64,000 nucleotides of DNA from Clostridia bacterium (GCA_017937065.1 JAGBEI010000014.1:71154-135153); one strand, 5' to 3'. Positions 1 to 10,871 are shown, counted from the stretch's first letter. The notes: generated from the letters alone by a model not told the origin. Made by a program: numbers and translations.

Positions 1-1
1 G

Positions 2-1561
2 CAGGCGCTGGGCACGGCAATGGCGCTGTGCACCGACGCGGAGTATGACAACGACGCAAAAACCGCTGTCGGCGAGCCGACCGAATGCGCTCTTGTAAAT
101 TATGCGGCAAAAATCGGACTGAATAAAAATAATCTTAAAGAGCAGACACCGCGTGCGGGAGAGGCTCCGTTTGACTCAATGCGCAAAATGATGACGACGG
201 TGCATGACGCGGGCGGAAAATTCATGCAGTATACAAAGGGTGCGCCGGACGAAATTCTTCGCCGCTGTACTCATATTATGACAGAGCGCGGCGTGCAGGA
301 GCTCACCGAAGAAAAGCGCGCCGAAATCATGAGTAAGAACAAGGACATGGCGGACAGGGCGCTGCGCGTGCTGGCAGGCGCATGCCGGGAGTATTCGCAG
401 CTGCCGCAGGACATGTCGCCCCAAGCGCTGGAGAGTGAGCTTGTTTTTCTCGGTCTGTACGGTATGATAGACCCCATCCGCCCGGAGGTTCGCGCGGCGG
501 TTGATAAGTGCCGTGACGCCGGCATACGCGCTGTTATGATAACGGGCGACCATATCGACACCGCCGTTGCCATTGCAAAGGATTTGGGTATTCTGACCGA
601 CCCGTCGCAGGCGGTTATGGGTCAGGCACTGGACAGCATGAGCGACGAGGAGCTGGACGCAAGCATAGAAAAATACTGCGTCTATGCGCGCGTTCAGCCT
701 GAGCACAAGGTGCGAATTGTCTCCGCCTGGGAGCGGCGCGGCAAGGTAACTGCAATGACCGGCGACGGCGTGAACGACGCGCCGTCAATCAAAACCGCCG
801 ATATCGGTATCGGCATGGGTATTACCGGCACCGACGTTACAAAAAATGTTGCGGATATGATTTTGGCGGACGATAATTTTGCAACGATAGTTGCCGCTGT
901 CGGCGAGGGACGGCGCATTTACGACAATATCAGAAAATCCATTCAGTTTCTATTGTCCTCCAACCTCAGTGAGGTAATCGGCATTTTCACGGCGACCATG
1001 CTGGGCGTTGTGCTGCTGGAGCCTGTGCATATTCTGTGGATTAACCTCATAACCGACAGTCTGCCTGCACTGGCGCTTGGTATGGAGGAGGGCGAGCGCG
1101 ACGCGATGAAGCGTCCGCCGCGTGACTCAAAAGAGGGTATTTTTGCAGGCGGCGTCGGGTTTGACGTTGTCTATCAGGGTCTGCTTGTTGCGGTTTTGAC
1201 GCTTGCCGCCTACTTTATCGGGCATTATATCGAGTCGGGCGTGTGGGAAATCGCGCGCAGCCACGACGGTATAACAATGGCGTTTCTGACTCTTTCCATG
1301 GCTGAAATTTTCCAGTCCTTCAACATGCGCTCAAGGCGGCAGTCGATTTTTACGATAAAAAAGCAGAACAAGTGGCTCTGGGGCGCGGCTGGTCTTGCGC
1401 TTTTGCTGACAACCGCTGTAATTTATATTCCGTTTCTTGTTAAAATGTTCTCCTTTACTCCAATCTCCGCCATCGAGTATTTTGTTGCGCTGGGGCTTGC
1501 GTTTCTTATAATTCCGCTGGTCGAAATTGTTAAATTCATTCAAAGACGGCTGGGAAAATAA
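2..1561 (+). CDS. P-type cation-transporting ATPase (type IIA, Ca2+-like), C-terminal part; the 5' end lies outside the window
   Basis: The frame is open to the window edge. Motifs seen are ITGDH, the hinge MTGDGVNDAPSIKTADIGIGMG, and C-terminal TM helices. Confidence 0.9.
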   Translation, partial: QALGTAMALCTDAEYDNDAKTAVGEPTECALVNYAAKIGLNKNNLKEQTPRAGEAPFDSMRKMMTTVHDAGGKFMQYTKGAPDEILRRCTHIMTERGVQELTEEKRAEIMSKNKDMADRALRVLAGACREYSQLPQDMSPQALESELVFLGLYGMIDPIRPEVRAAVDKCRDAGIRAVMITGDHIDTAVAIAKDLGILTDPSQAVMGQALDSMSDEELDASIEKYCVYARVQPEHKVRIVSAWERRGKVTAMTGDGVNDAPSIKTADIGIGMGITGTDVTKNVADMILADDNFATIVAAVGEGRRIYDNIRKSIQFLLSSNLSEVIGIFTATMLGVVLLEPVHILWINLITDSLPALALGMEEGERDAMKRPPRDSKEGIFAGGVGFDVVYQGLLVAVLTLAAYFIGHYIESGVWEIARSHDGITMAFLTLSMAEIFQSFNMRSRRQSIFTIKKQNKWLWGAAGLALLLTTAVIYIPFLVKMFSFTPISAIEYFVALGLAFLIIPLVEIVKFIQRRLGK

Positions 1562-1567
1562 ATTAAC

Positions 1568-1602
1568 AAAAAAACAGCTTGGATTATTCCAAGCTGTTTT
1601 TT
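1568..1602. terminator. bidirectional intrinsic terminator between convergent genes
   Basis: A-run, stem CAGCTTGG, loop ATTATT, stem CCAAGCTG, then a T-run. Confidence 0.8.
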
Positions 1603-2074
1603 ATATTCCGACTCTGTATATTATAAGTCCGCTTTGCCGGGCAAAATGTACGGTATACGCCGTGCCGCCGTAATTTTTTTTAAGATATGCGATACATACG
1701 GAGCTTTCGTTCACCATTTTTTTATTTCGCTCATGCATACAGGTTCGCGTGTAGGCGGGATACATCACCTCAACGCTGTCCGCAAGCAGCTTAACCTCAT
1801 TATAAGCCGCCTTTTGCAGCATGGAAAAATATTTATCCTGGTCTTGACACGGCAGTATCAGCCGCAGCTTTATGTCTTTAAGCTCACGCTTCAGCTTCAG
1901 CACCGTTTCGGCGCAAAGCTGGTCGTAGCCTATGGCGCCGCCGCAGACAAATGTGCGGTAGCCGCGCCCGTAAAGCACGCGGATTGCGTGTTCGGTCTGT
2001 GATGTTATTTTTTCAGTGTCCGCCGCCGGCACGCTTCTGTGTCCGGTAAAACAGCATGTTATGTCTTTGTCCAT
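1601..2074 (-). CDS. SLOG/DUF1273 family protein (YspA-like)
   Basis: Carries the CCFTGHR signature and the GGAIGYD motif. I prefer the ATG at 2074 (MDKDITCC...) over the GTG at 2116, which would overlap the upstream kinase gene. Confidence 0.7.
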   Translation of the reverse strand: MDKDITCCFTGHRSVPAADTEKITSQTEHAIRVLYGRGYRTFVCGGAIGYDQLCAETVLKLKRELKDIKLRLILPCQDQDKYFSMLQKAAYNEVKLLADSVEVMYPAYTRTCMHERNKKMVNESSVCIAYLKKNYGGTAYTVHFARQSGLIIYRVGI

Positions 2075-2093
2075 TTTCCGATTGTATCCTGTC

Positions 2094-3479
2094 TTATTTG
2101 TTTTGTGTATTTTCACCGCTGAATTTCAGGGTAAATTCGGTAAACTGTCCCTTGCGGCTTTTAACGGTAAGCTCCGCGCCGATAATACGCGCGCTTTCCT
2201 TTGCAATGGCAAGCCCCAGTCCCGTGCCCCCCGTATCTCTGCCGCGCGATTTGTCGGCGCGGTAAAAACGCTCGAAAATGTGTTCTATGTCTTCGGGCGC
2301 TATTCCCTGCCCGTTGTCATGCACGGTAATGAACGGCGGCTCTTCCCCCGAAACACGCACGCTTATCTCGCCGCCGGGCAGGCTGTATTTTACTGCATTT
2401 GACAAAAGATTGTAAATAATCGTTCTGATAAGCTCTCTGTCGGACACAATACTGCCCCCGCCCGTGATATAAACGGTAAGCCCTTTTTTGTCGCTTTCTA
2501 TCTTCAATGTGTCCGCAACGTCGCCGCACAGCTTAAACAGATCTATCTCCTCGCGCACGGCGGACTGCTGTTCCAATTTTGACAGATACAGCAGCTGACC
2601 GACAATGCCTGCCATGCGGTCTGCTTCGCTGTCCACGGTTGCAAGAAAGCGCTTTTGCGTATCCCTGTCAACCTCCATCGCACGCAGCGTCTGGCTGTAG
2701 CTTTTTATAACGGTAAGCGGTGTTTTCAGCTCATGCGATACGTTTGCGACAAACTCCCGCTGCGCCCGCTCCGCTCTTTCAAACTCGTCAAAGTCGTTTT
2801 GTATCTGTCTGCCCATCTCGTTGAATACGGTGCAGAGACTGCCGATTTCGTCATGAGTTTTAACCTCGATTTCGGAAAACTGCCCGCGCGACATGTCGCG
2901 CGCGCCCTTTTCCAGCTTTTTGATTGACGCCGTCAGCCGTTTTGAAATAAAAAAGCTGAGCAGTGCGGCAAGCGCCACGCCGAAAAGCAGCGCCTGCAGA
3001 AACAGGAGCGACACGTCGCGCAGCTGTGAAAAAAGCTCGCCTCTCGTGTCGACAACATATACCGTGTAGCCGTCCCCCAAACTGAACGCGAAGTCCAGCG
3101 CGTCCGATGTGAGGTCGCGGTCGGTGCTGTAACCGCCGTCAAGCACTTGCTTTAAATTGCTTGTCATTTTCAAAATTCCGCCGGTGCGTGAGCTTTTTAT
3201 TACATTGCCGTCTTTTAATATGTAATAGTCGCGCTGTGAATTCTGGTTCAAAACACTGTCGGAAGCTTCAAGATACTCAAGCAGCGGCGAAATGTCTCCG
3301 TCAAAGCCGCGGCAGATGTTGAAAAACCGCTCGTTTTCAAAGACAAGCGTGACCGTGCGCTCAAAATTGCGGTAGTATCCCAGCATGATGTTGATAATGA
3401 GCGCCGCGCCCACAAACGCCAGCACCGCCGCCGTGACAAGCAGCATTGCAAGATTTAGTTTTGTGCTGATTTTTTTCAT
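2094..3479 (-). CDS. sensor histidine kinase (TM-extracellular domain-TM-HAMP-HisKA-HATPase)
   Basis: H-box SHELKTPLT, N/G boxes DNGQGI and GGTGLGLAI, and two N-terminal TM segments. Confidence 0.9.
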   Translation of the reverse strand: MKKISTKLNLAMLLVTAAVLAFVGAALIINIMLGYYRNFERTVTLVFENERFFNICRGFDGDISPLLEYLEASDSVLNQNSQRDYYILKDGNVIKSSRTGGILKMTSNLKQVLDGGYSTDRDLTSDALDFAFSLGDGYTVYVVDTRGELFSQLRDVSLLFLQALLFGVALAALLSFFISKRLTASIKKLEKGARDMSRGQFSEIEVKTHDEIGSLCTVFNEMGRQIQNDFDEFERAERAQREFVANVSHELKTPLTVIKSYSQTLRAMEVDRDTQKRFLATVDSEADRMAGIVGQLLYLSKLEQQSAVREEIDLFKLCGDVADTLKIESDKKGLTVYITGGGSIVSDRELIRTIIYNLLSNAVKYSLPGGEISVRVSGEEPPFITVHDNGQGIAPEDIEHIFERFYRADKSRGRDTGGTGLGLAIAKESARIIGAELTVKSRKGQFTEFTLKFSGENTQNK

Positions 3480-4153
3480 ATTATATAATATCCCGCGCCG
3501 CGGCGGCTGAGAATTATCTCCGGCTCGGACGGTGTTTTCTCCACCTTGGCGCGCAGTCTGCCGATTGCGACGTCCACTGTGTGCAGGTCACCCAAAAAAT
3601 TGTTGTAGCCCCACACCTTTTCCAGTATTTCCTCGCGGGAGACGACCCGCCCGCGGTTTTGTACAAGAAGCATGAGAATTTCGTATTCCTTTTTGCTGAC
3701 CGAAATTTCCTCTCCGTTTTTTAAAACAGCCATTTTGTCGGCGTTTATTTCAAGGTCGCCTGCGGCAAAAACGGTTTCCTTTGGCGGCTTTTTCTCAGTG
3801 CGCGCAAGATTCACCTTTATGCGTGCAATAAGCTCGTTTACCGAAAACGGCTTTGTCACATAGTCGTCCGCCATAAGCGACAGTCCGCGCAGCTTATCCT
3901 CCTCGCTGTCCAGCGCGCTGAGGATTATAACCGGCATGTCCGATGTCTTACGCAGCTGCCGCAGCACCTCAAAGCCCGACATTGACGGCAGCATGAGATC
4001 CAGCACCAAAAGGTCGGCGCCTTCGTTTATAAGCCGGAAAAGCCCTGTCTTTCCGTCGCTCTCTGCCGCAGTCTCAAAGCCCGCCGCTTTGAGATTGAAT
4101 TCTATTATAGAGGAAATGCTGACGTCGTCCTCAAGAATAAATATCTTTTTCAT
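3476..4153 (-). CDS. OmpR/PhoB-family response regulator (WalR-like by eye)
   Basis: The receiver has EDD, LVLDLMLP and ADDYVTKPFS motifs, followed by a winged-helix C-terminus. There is a 4-nt overlap with the kinase gene. Confidence 0.9.
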   Translation of the reverse strand: MKKIFILEDDVSISSIIEFNLKAAGFETAAESDGKTGLFRLINEGADLLVLDLMLPSMSGFEVLRQLRKTSDMPVIILSALDSEEDKLRGLSLMADDYVTKPFSVNELIARIKVNLARTEKKPPKETVFAAGDLEINADKMAVLKNGEEISVSKKEYEILMLLVQNRGRVVSREEILEKVWGYNNFLGDLHTVDVAIGRLRAKVEKTPSEPEIILSRRGAGYYII

Positions 4154-6669
4154 CAGTCGTCCCTTTTCACCATCATTTCCTGATACTCCGCCATTGTCAT
4201 GATAACCTGTCTGGGCTTTGCGCCCTCGTACGGGCCGATTATACCCTTTTCCTCCATTGTGTCAATAATGCGCGCCGCTCTTGCGTAGCCCAGCGAGAAC
4301 TTGCGCTGCAAAACGGAGGTGGATGCCTTTCCGCTCTCGATGACAAATGCAACTGCCTGCCAGAACATCTCGTCCAGCTCCTCGCCGCCGTCGCGGTCTG
4401 CGGGCGCACTGCCGTCCTGCTTTGTATAGCTTTCCATGGCGTCGTTTGCGCTCTGGTCATAATCGGCGGTGCCGCAGTGGCGCTTTACGTATTCCACCAC
4501 CGTCTCGACCTCCTCGTCGCTGACAAAGCAGCACTGAATTCTCCGCGGAGAATTCATGGTTCTGCCCTTGAACAGCATATCGCCCTTGCCCAGCAGCTTT
4601 TCCGCGCCCGAACCGTCCAGAATGACGCGCGAGTCAATCTGCGATGTGACGGCAAACGCGATTCGGGAGGGTACGTTTGCCTTTATAAGCCCCGTTACAA
4701 CATTGACGGAGGGGCGCTGTGTTGCGATTATAAGGTAAATGCCGGCGGCGCGCGCCTTCTGACAGAGGCGCACAATATAGTCCTCCACCTCCTTGGCGCA
4801 GACCATCATAAGGTCGGCAAGCTCGTCAATGACAATTACAATCTGCGGCACCGTCTCGCACACGTCGGAATGCTTTTTGGCATAGGTATTGTAGCCGTGC
4901 ACGTTGCGTACGTTGACGCTGAAAAAGAGGTTGTAGCGCCGCTCCATCTCGTTTACCGCCCACTGGAGCGCGCCCGCTGCCTTTTTGGGGTTGGAGACGA
5001 CGGGGACGATAAGGTGCGGGATTTTGTTGTATACCTCCAGCTCCACCACCTTGGGGTCTATGAGTATCAGCTTTACGTCATTCGGGGACGCTTTGTACAG
5101 CAGCGACATAAGGATTGTGTTTATACATACCGATTTACCGGAGCCGGTAGCGCCCGCGACAAGCAGATGCGGCATGTCGGACAGGTCGCCGTATACGAGG
5201 TTGCCGGAAATGTCCTTGCCCAGTGCAACGGTTAGCGGGTTGCTGCTGCTTGTAAACTCGTCCGAGTCTAAAAGCTCTTTTATGTAAACCATGCTCTTTT
5301 TCTTGTTCGGTATCTCAATGCCGACCGCCGCCTTGCCGGGAATGGGCGCTTCAATTCTGATAGAGGTCGCCGCAAGCGACAGCGCGATGTCGTCCGACAG
5401 CGAGGTGATTTTGGAAACGCGCACGCCCTTGCTGGGCGCCAGCTCATAGCGTGTAACAATCGGTCCGATTGCCGCGCCGACCATTGTTGCCTCTATGCCG
5501 AAGTCACGCAGCGTTTGGATAAGCTTCTGCTCTGTCTGAGCAAGCTCGGTTTTGGAAATCCCGGTTGCCGCGCGCGGTGCTTCAAGCAGCGATGTGGGAG
5601 GGAAAATATAGCTTTCGTCTTTTTTTGCGCTTTCCGCAGACGCATGTCTGTCGGCGCGCACCGCGGTTTTTGCGGAGGAAAAAGCTGCGGGCGCAGAATC
5701 GGGGACTGCGGATAAGTTTTTGTCCGCTTTGTCCGCGTCATCAAAAACGCCGCTTCTGTCAATGTTTCCGACAACCATATCGGCGGTTGTTATGTATTCG
5801 TCGCGGTTTATGTCGTCATGCACAAAAAACGGCATGGGTGACGTCTGTTCAAACTGCGAGGTTTCGGTATTTTCTTCGTCCTGTACAAATATATCGGAGC
5901 GGGGCATGTCCCCCTGCCCTGATACGTCGTCCTGCTCGGAAAACTCTGTTTCCTCGTCCACGAAAATGTCTATTTTATTTTTCTTTTTCGGTTTTTCAAT
6001 ATGCGGCTTTACAACCTCCGGTTCATCGGGGTCGTGCTCCTCCCTTTCAAACGGAGCGCGCAGCTTTTTCCATATCTGATAAAGGGTAATGTCGAAAAAC
6101 GTGAGCGCACAGATAAGCGCCGCCGTAATAAACAGAATTGCAAAGCCGATTTTCGTCAGCAGGCAGATGAGCGGATACGCAAAAATTCCGCCCGCGATTC
6201 CGCCCGCACGGTTTACCATGTCGGGAATTCCCTTTATGAAGAACTGACCGAGGGAGAACGAGCCGAAATATTCACCGCTTTCAAAGAGGTAGCAAACGCC
6301 GCACAGCGACAGAACAAGCACAAGCCCCGTCCACAGCCGGGTAGGAGTGGACACGCGCCTGCGCTCTCTTGCAAGCTCGATTCCAAGCCACAGCGTCAGC
6401 ACGGGCAGGAGATAGGAAACATACCCGAATGCACCTCTGAACACCGTGCGCAGAAACGTGCCGAACGCGCCCAGAAAGTTGTGATATACCGAGAGAATGA
6501 GCAGCAGCGTCAGTGCGAAAAAGATGACTGACAGTACATTGTCCCGCACCTCTTTCCGAATTGGCTTTCGCGCAGCGCTCGTTTTTGCGCCGCCTGCCGC
6601 GGCTTTTTTACCAGCAGCAGACTTTGCTGCTGGTCTGTTTTTTGTTTTTCTTTCGTTTTTGACTGCCAT
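4153..6669 (-). CDS. ftsK: DNA translocase FtsK/SpoIIIE
   Basis: N-terminal TM helices, a long linker, Walker A GATGSGKS, and a C-terminal gamma winged helix (SVLQRKFSLGYARAARIID). Confidence 0.93.
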   Translation of the reverse strand: MAVKNERKTKNRPAAKSAAGKKAAAGGAKTSAARKPIRKEVRDNVLSVIFFALTLLLILSVYHNFLGAFGTFLRTVFRGAFGYVSYLLPVLTLWLGIELARERRRVSTPTRLWTGLVLVLSLCGVCYLFESGEYFGSFSLGQFFIKGIPDMVNRAGGIAGGIFAYPLICLLTKIGFAILFITAALICALTFFDITLYQIWKKLRAPFEREEHDPDEPEVVKPHIEKPKKKNKIDIFVDEETEFSEQDDVSGQGDMPRSDIFVQDEENTETSQFEQTSPMPFFVHDDINRDEYITTADMVVGNIDRSGVFDDADKADKNLSAVPDSAPAAFSSAKTAVRADRHASAESAKKDESYIFPPTSLLEAPRAATGISKTELAQTEQKLIQTLRDFGIEATMVGAAIGPIVTRYELAPSKGVRVSKITSLSDDIALSLAATSIRIEAPIPGKAAVGIEIPNKKKSMVYIKELLDSDEFTSSSNPLTVALGKDISGNLVYGDLSDMPHLLVAGATGSGKSVCINTILMSLLYKASPNDVKLILIDPKVVELEVYNKIPHLIVPVVSNPKKAAGALQWAVNEMERRYNLFFSVNVRNVHGYNTYAKKHSDVCETVPQIVIVIDELADLMMVCAKEVEDYIVRLCQKARAAGIYLIIATQRPSVNVVTGLIKANVPSRIAFAVTSQIDSRVILDGSGAEKLLGKGDMLFKGRTMNSPRRIQCCFVSDEEVETVVEYVKRHCGTADYDQSANDAMESYTKQDGSAPADRDGGEELDEMFWQAVAFVIESGKASTSVLQRKFSLGYARAARIIDTMEEKGIIGPYEGAKPRQVIMTMAEYQEMMVKRDD

Positions 6670-6685
6670 TTTTTCACCCTGAAAA

Positions 6686-7522
6686 TCAGTATATAAAGCT
6701 CATGACAATGCTGCCTGTACCCACAATCGCGCAGTAGTACACAAACCAGCCGAAGCGGTCTTTTCTTGTGACGTACTGAACAAGCTTTACCGCTAAAAAT
6801 CCGAAAACGGCTGCGGTGACAATGCCTATGATATAGGGCAGGATAAGCGTGCTGTCAATGCCTGAATTTACAATATCCCTGATGTTGAGGATATTTGCGC
6901 CGATGACGGCAGGAATGCCCAGTATGAATGAGAATTCAACCGCGGTCTCCCGTGTAAAGCCCATATTTATTCCCGCGGCGATGGTGGAGCCGCTGCGCGA
7001 CAGACCGGGCAGCGTCGCTATCATCTGGAACAGTCCGATTTTGAGCGCCTGGAACGGCGTCATGTCACGGATTTCCTTTTTGCCCTGCACGCTGTGGTCT
7101 GCGATAAACAGCAGTCCCGCCGTAACAAGCAGCATGATGCCGACGGGCAGAAGCCCTGTCATTTTGCTCTCAATCGTGTCGTTTACAAATACTACAAGCA
7201 CCAGCGGGAGAGTGGCGATTATCACGAATATGTCCATAAGCTGATACTTGTTGGCTTTTCTGAATTTGAATTTACCCGTAAAAATCTGACCGAGCATTCT
7301 GAAAAACTCAACAGCCATGCCCGCTATCGTTTTGCGGTATACTGCAAAAACCGCGATAAGCGTGCCCAAATGCAGCAGGATGTCAAAGGTCATGTCCCCC
7401 GACAGCTTTTCAAGACCCGGCAGAAACGTCTTGAAAATCACAAGATGTCCCGAGCTGGATATCGGCAGAAATTCCGCCAGTCCCTGTATAATTCCGAGTA
7501 TAACCGAGCTTAGTATTGTCAT
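6686..7522 (-). CDS. uppP: undecaprenyl-diphosphate phosphatase
   Basis: Polytopic protein with the LAEFLPISSSGH motif. The ATG at 7522 has a GGAGGG RBS; the ORF-track start at 7555 has none. Confidence 0.9.
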   Translation of the reverse strand: MTILSSVILGIIQGLAEFLPISSSGHLVIFKTFLPGLEKLSGDMTFDILLHLGTLIAVFAVYRKTIAGMAVEFFRMLGQIFTGKFKFRKANKYQLMDIFVIIATLPLVLVVFVNDTIESKMTGLLPVGIMLLVTAGLLFIADHSVQGKKEIRDMTPFQALKIGLFQMIATLPGLSRSGSTIAAGINMGFTRETAVEFSFILGIPAVIGANILNIRDIVNSGIDSTLILPYIIGIVTAAVFGFLAVKLVQYVTRKDRFGWFVYYCAIVGTGSIVMSFIY

Positions 7523-7595
7523 GTTTCCCTCCGAGTGCTTTACATATATAGTCATTATATCATATTAATTTATAATTTACTACTCTTTTTTAATG

Positions 7596-7624
7596 TTGAC
7601 TTTAATCAAATACAAATATATAAT
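7596..7624 (+). promoter_or_regulatory. sigma-A-type promoter for the GH20 gene
   Basis: TTGACT, 17-nt spacer, TATAAT. Confidence 0.55.
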
Positions 7625-7662
7625 AGAATTTAATATCTCTACCGAAAGGACATACCCTGAGA

Positions 7663-9150
7663 ATGCTTGACAATAATTTCTTTAAGGAGCCGATGCCCGT
7701 ACCGGCGCAGATATCGACGCTTGACGCTCCCGTGCAGATAGAGCCGATGCTTTCGTTTCACAGCGACGACCCTCTTATAAAAGGCGCGCTGATGCTTTTT
7801 ATCCGTGATTTTGAGCGCTATCACGGTGTTAAGATAAAGATAACCGACGCCGTCAAAGCCGCCGGATTTGTTCTTTTCCGAAAGAAGGCGGACGAGCTGA
7901 ACCTTGAAAATCCGTCTGCTTTTGAGGAATGTCGCGCAGAAAACTATTCGATTGTATCAGAAAACGGCACATTGGTTCTGAACTATATCGGGCTTAAAAG
8001 TCTTAACCACGCGCTCGCCGCGCTCCTGAGGCTTTCCGAGATAAGGGACGGCAAAATACTGTGGAATTACTCCGAGCTGCTGGACGGTCCGCAGTGCAAA
8101 TACCGCGCTTTTCATGTGGATTTGGGCAGGAATTTTCACAGTGTCGGCAGACTTTTCGAATATATAGACATGTGCTTTTGCTATAATCTCAGTCATCTGC
8201 ACCTGCATTTTAACGAAAATCAGAGCTACACCCTGCCGTCCAAGCTGTATCCCAAGCTTCCCACCAAGGATAGACACTATTCGTTTGAGGAAATACGCGA
8301 GCTTAACAGGTATGCGCTTCGCCGCGGGGTCAGTCTTGTGCCTGAGGTGGACATTCCCGGGCACTGCAATGCATTCGGCGCGGCGTATCCCAAGCTGTTC
8401 GGTACAAGCGGCGTCATCTGTCAGCACGAAGATTCAATGAAAGCGGTGCGTGAGATTGTTGATGAGGTCTGCACAATGTTTCCCTACTCCGAATATATTC
8501 ACGTAGGCGGCGACGAGGCGGATATAAAAAAGTGGACTGAGTGTGAAAAATGCCTTGCTTACTTTGAGACGGTTGACAAGGCGGCGGTGGACGCATTTAA
8601 AAACGGCGGGGACAGCCGTGCGCTTGCCGAGCGTATGCTTGCACACTTTATAACGGTTACCTGCGACGTTGTCTTAAAGGCGGGCAGAACTCCCATTGTG
8701 TGGGAGGGCTTTAATAAGTGCGTAAATGATTTTATATCCCGAAAAATCGTCGTTATGAGCTGGGAAAATTACTATCAGACGACAGACGAGCTTTTGGACG
8801 CGGGATTTAATATTATAAACTGCTCATGGAATCCTCTGTATATCGTGACTCCCAATAAGATGTGGAGTCCGTCGGAGATAGCGGACTGGGATATTTTCAA
8901 GTGGACGCCCGTTCATCCCGACTCCCCCTATATCGGACGTACGCTGGAGATTGACAAAAGCTTTGGAAAACAGATATGGGGCGCGCAGCTGCACGCCTGG
9001 GGCGACTGTCTTGCAAGGAAATTTGAGGATATTGAACAGGGTGTGGCAAAGGAGACGGAAAACATTGCAAATCGCCTGCCGGCGCTTTCACTGAACGTTT
9101 GGAACACTCCGGAGCAGAAGGAAAGGGCTCTGAAAAAGACGCGGCAATAA
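7663..9150 (+). CDS. glycoside hydrolase family 20 (beta-N-acetylhexosaminidase-like)
   Basis: RAFHVDLGRNF and HVGGDE catalytic-region motifs. No signal peptide is visible. Confidence 0.8.
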   Translation: MLDNNFFKEPMPVPAQISTLDAPVQIEPMLSFHSDDPLIKGALMLFIRDFERYHGVKIKITDAVKAAGFVLFRKKADELNLENPSAFEECRAENYSIVSENGTLVLNYIGLKSLNHALAALLRLSEIRDGKILWNYSELLDGPQCKYRAFHVDLGRNFHSVGRLFEYIDMCFCYNLSHLHLHFNENQSYTLPSKLYPKLPTKDRHYSFEEIRELNRYALRRGVSLVPEVDIPGHCNAFGAAYPKLFGTSGVICQHEDSMKAVREIVDEVCTMFPYSEYIHVGGDEADIKKWTECEKCLAYFETVDKAAVDAFKNGGDSRALAERMLAHFITVTCDVVLKAGRTPIVWEGFNKCVNDFISRKIVVMSWENYYQTTDELLDAGFNIINCSWNPLYIVTPNKMWSPSEIADWDIFKWTPVHPDSPYIGRTLEIDKSFGKQIWGAQLHAWGDCLARKFEDIEQGVAKETENIANRLPALSLNVWNTPEQKERALKKTRQ

Positions 9151-9163
9151 GTAATTTATAAAA

Positions 9164-9193
9164 GCACGGGGACATTTTGTCCCCGTGCTTTTT
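9164..9193 (+). terminator. intrinsic terminator
   Basis: Stem GCACGGGGAC, loop ATTTT, stem GTCCCCGTGC, then TTTTT. Confidence 0.85.
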
Positions 9194-9228
9194 AATTTTA
9201 TATTTGTTCATAAATATTTACTCTGCGC

Positions 9229-9257
9229 TTGACACATTTTCGTAAAAGATGTATAAT
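9229..9257 (+). promoter_or_regulatory. sigma-A consensus promoter for rny
   Basis: TTGACA, 17-nt spacer, TATAAT. The ORF-track start at 9249 falls inside this promoter. Confidence 0.65.
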
Positions 9258-9302
9258 ATTAAAAGCTATGCTGTATATAAATTCAAACAAAGGGAGGACA
9301 TT

Positions 9303-10856
9303 ATGACTGCATTAACAGTAGTTATCATTGCGGTCGCCGCTGCCCTTGTTGCCGGATTTATTGCTTTTATATGTGGATTTTTTTACAGAAAATCGGTATC
9401 GGAAAAACAAATTGGTTCTGCTAACGATGAAGCGAGAAGAATTATCAATGAGGCGATAAAAACAGCTGACACGAAAAAGAAAGAAGCGATTCTCGAGGCT
9501 AAGGAACAGCTACATAAGGAGAGGACCGAACAGGAGCGCGAGATAAAGGAGCGCCGTGTCGAGGTGACAAGGCAGGAAAAGCGCCTGCAGCAGAGAGAGG
9601 AAACTCTTGACAGAAAGTACGATAATCTTGACAGAAAAGAAGAGCAGCTCAATGCAAAGCTGAAAAAGGCGGAGGAGCTGCAGCAGGAAATGGAGGAGCA
9701 GAAGCGCGCGCAGATTGCGGTGCTGGAGCGTATTTCCGGCTATACCGCGGAGGCGGCAAAGGCTGAGCTTCTGCACGAGCTTGAGCAGCAGCTTGAGCAT
9801 GACTATGCCGTTAAAATTACGGAGCATGAGGCGCGTTATGCCGAGAATGCCGACGAAAAGGCGAGAAACCTTTTGTCGCTTGCGATACAGAAATGCGCCG
9901 CCGACCATGTTGTGGAGTCCACCGTCTCGGTGGTCGCGCTGCCCAGCGACGAGATGAAGGGCAGAATTATCGGGCGCGAGGGCAGAAATATTCGGTCGCT
10001 TGAAACAATCACGGGTGTTGACCTTATAATCGACGATACGCCCGAGGCGATAACGCTGTCCAGCTTTGACCCCATCCGCCGCGAGGTTGCAAGGCTTACT
10101 CTTGAAAAGCTCATATCTGACGGGCGCATCCATCCCGCACGTATTGAAGAAACCGTGGAAAAAATGAAGCGCGAGCTGGATATCACTATTAAAAAAGAAG
10201 GCGAGCGCGCTGTGTTTGAAACGGGCGTTCACGGTCTTCACCCGGAGATTATTAAACTGCTGGGCAGACTTAAATACAGAACAAGCTACGGTCAGAACGT
10301 GCTCAACCACTCCATTGAGGTGGCGCAGCTGTGCGGCATCATCGCGTCGGAGATGGGCGAGGACGTAACTCTTGCAAAGCGCGCGGGTCTTTTGCATGAC
10401 CTGGGTAAGAGCGTAGACTTTGAAATGGAGGGCTCTCATATCCAAATCGGTGTAGAGCTTGCTAAAAAATACAAGGAGTCTTACGGCGTTATTCACGCGA
10501 TAGAGGCACATCACGGCGATGTGGAAACAAAAACCAATATTGCGGCTATCGTTCAGGCGGCAGACGCAATTTCGGCGGCAAGACCTGGCGCCAGACGCGA
10601 AAATCTCGAAAATTATATCAAGCGTCTTGAAAAGCTCGAGGAGATTGCAAACTCCTTTGACGGCGTTGAAAAAACCTATGCCATTCAGGCGGGACGTGAA
10701 ATACGCATAATGGTAAATCCGGAGCAGATATCGGACGATAAGCTGGTGCTGTTGTCCCACGATATCTGTAAGAAAATTGAAAACGAACTGGAGTATCCTG
10801 GACAAATCAAGGTTCATCTTATCCGCGAAAACCGTGCAATCGATTACGCAAAGTAA
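9303..10856 (+). CDS. rny: ribonuclease Y
   Basis: N-terminal TM, coiled coil, KH domain ([12 protein letters not shown]) and HD domain (HHGD). The ATG at 9303 follows an AGGGAGGA RBS. Confidence 0.95.
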   Translation: MTALTVVIIAVAAALVAGFIAFICGFFYRKSVSEKQIGSANDEARRIINEAIKTADTKKKEAILEAKEQLHKERTEQEREIKERRVEVTRQEKRLQQREETLDRKYDNLDRKEEQLNAKLKKAEELQQEMEEQKRAQIAVLERISGYTAEAAKAELLHELEQQLEHDYAVKITEHEARYAENADEKARNLLSLAIQKCAADHVVESTVSVVALPSDEMKGRIIGREGRNIRSLETITGVDLIIDDTPEAITLSSFDPIRREVARLTLEKLISDGRIHPARIEETVEKMKRELDITIKKEGERAVFETGVHGLHPEIIKLLGRLKYRTSYGQNVLNHSIEVAQLCGIIASEMGEDVTLAKRAGLLHDLGKSVDFEMEGSHIQIGVELAKKYKESYGVIHAIEAHHGDVETKTNIAAIVQAADAISAARPGARRENLENYIKRLEKLEEIANSFDGVEKTYAIQAGREIRIMVNPEQISDDKLVLLSHDICKKIENELEYPGQIKVHLIRENRAIDYAK

Positions 10857-10871
10857 AATATGCAAATAAAA

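Noticed and set aside
9510-10865. 451-aa ORF on the minus strand, entirely antisense to rny
   Set aside because: It is a shadow ORF opposite a strongly recognisable gene. Its product is Leu/Arg/Phe-rich with no motifs, and it has no RBS.
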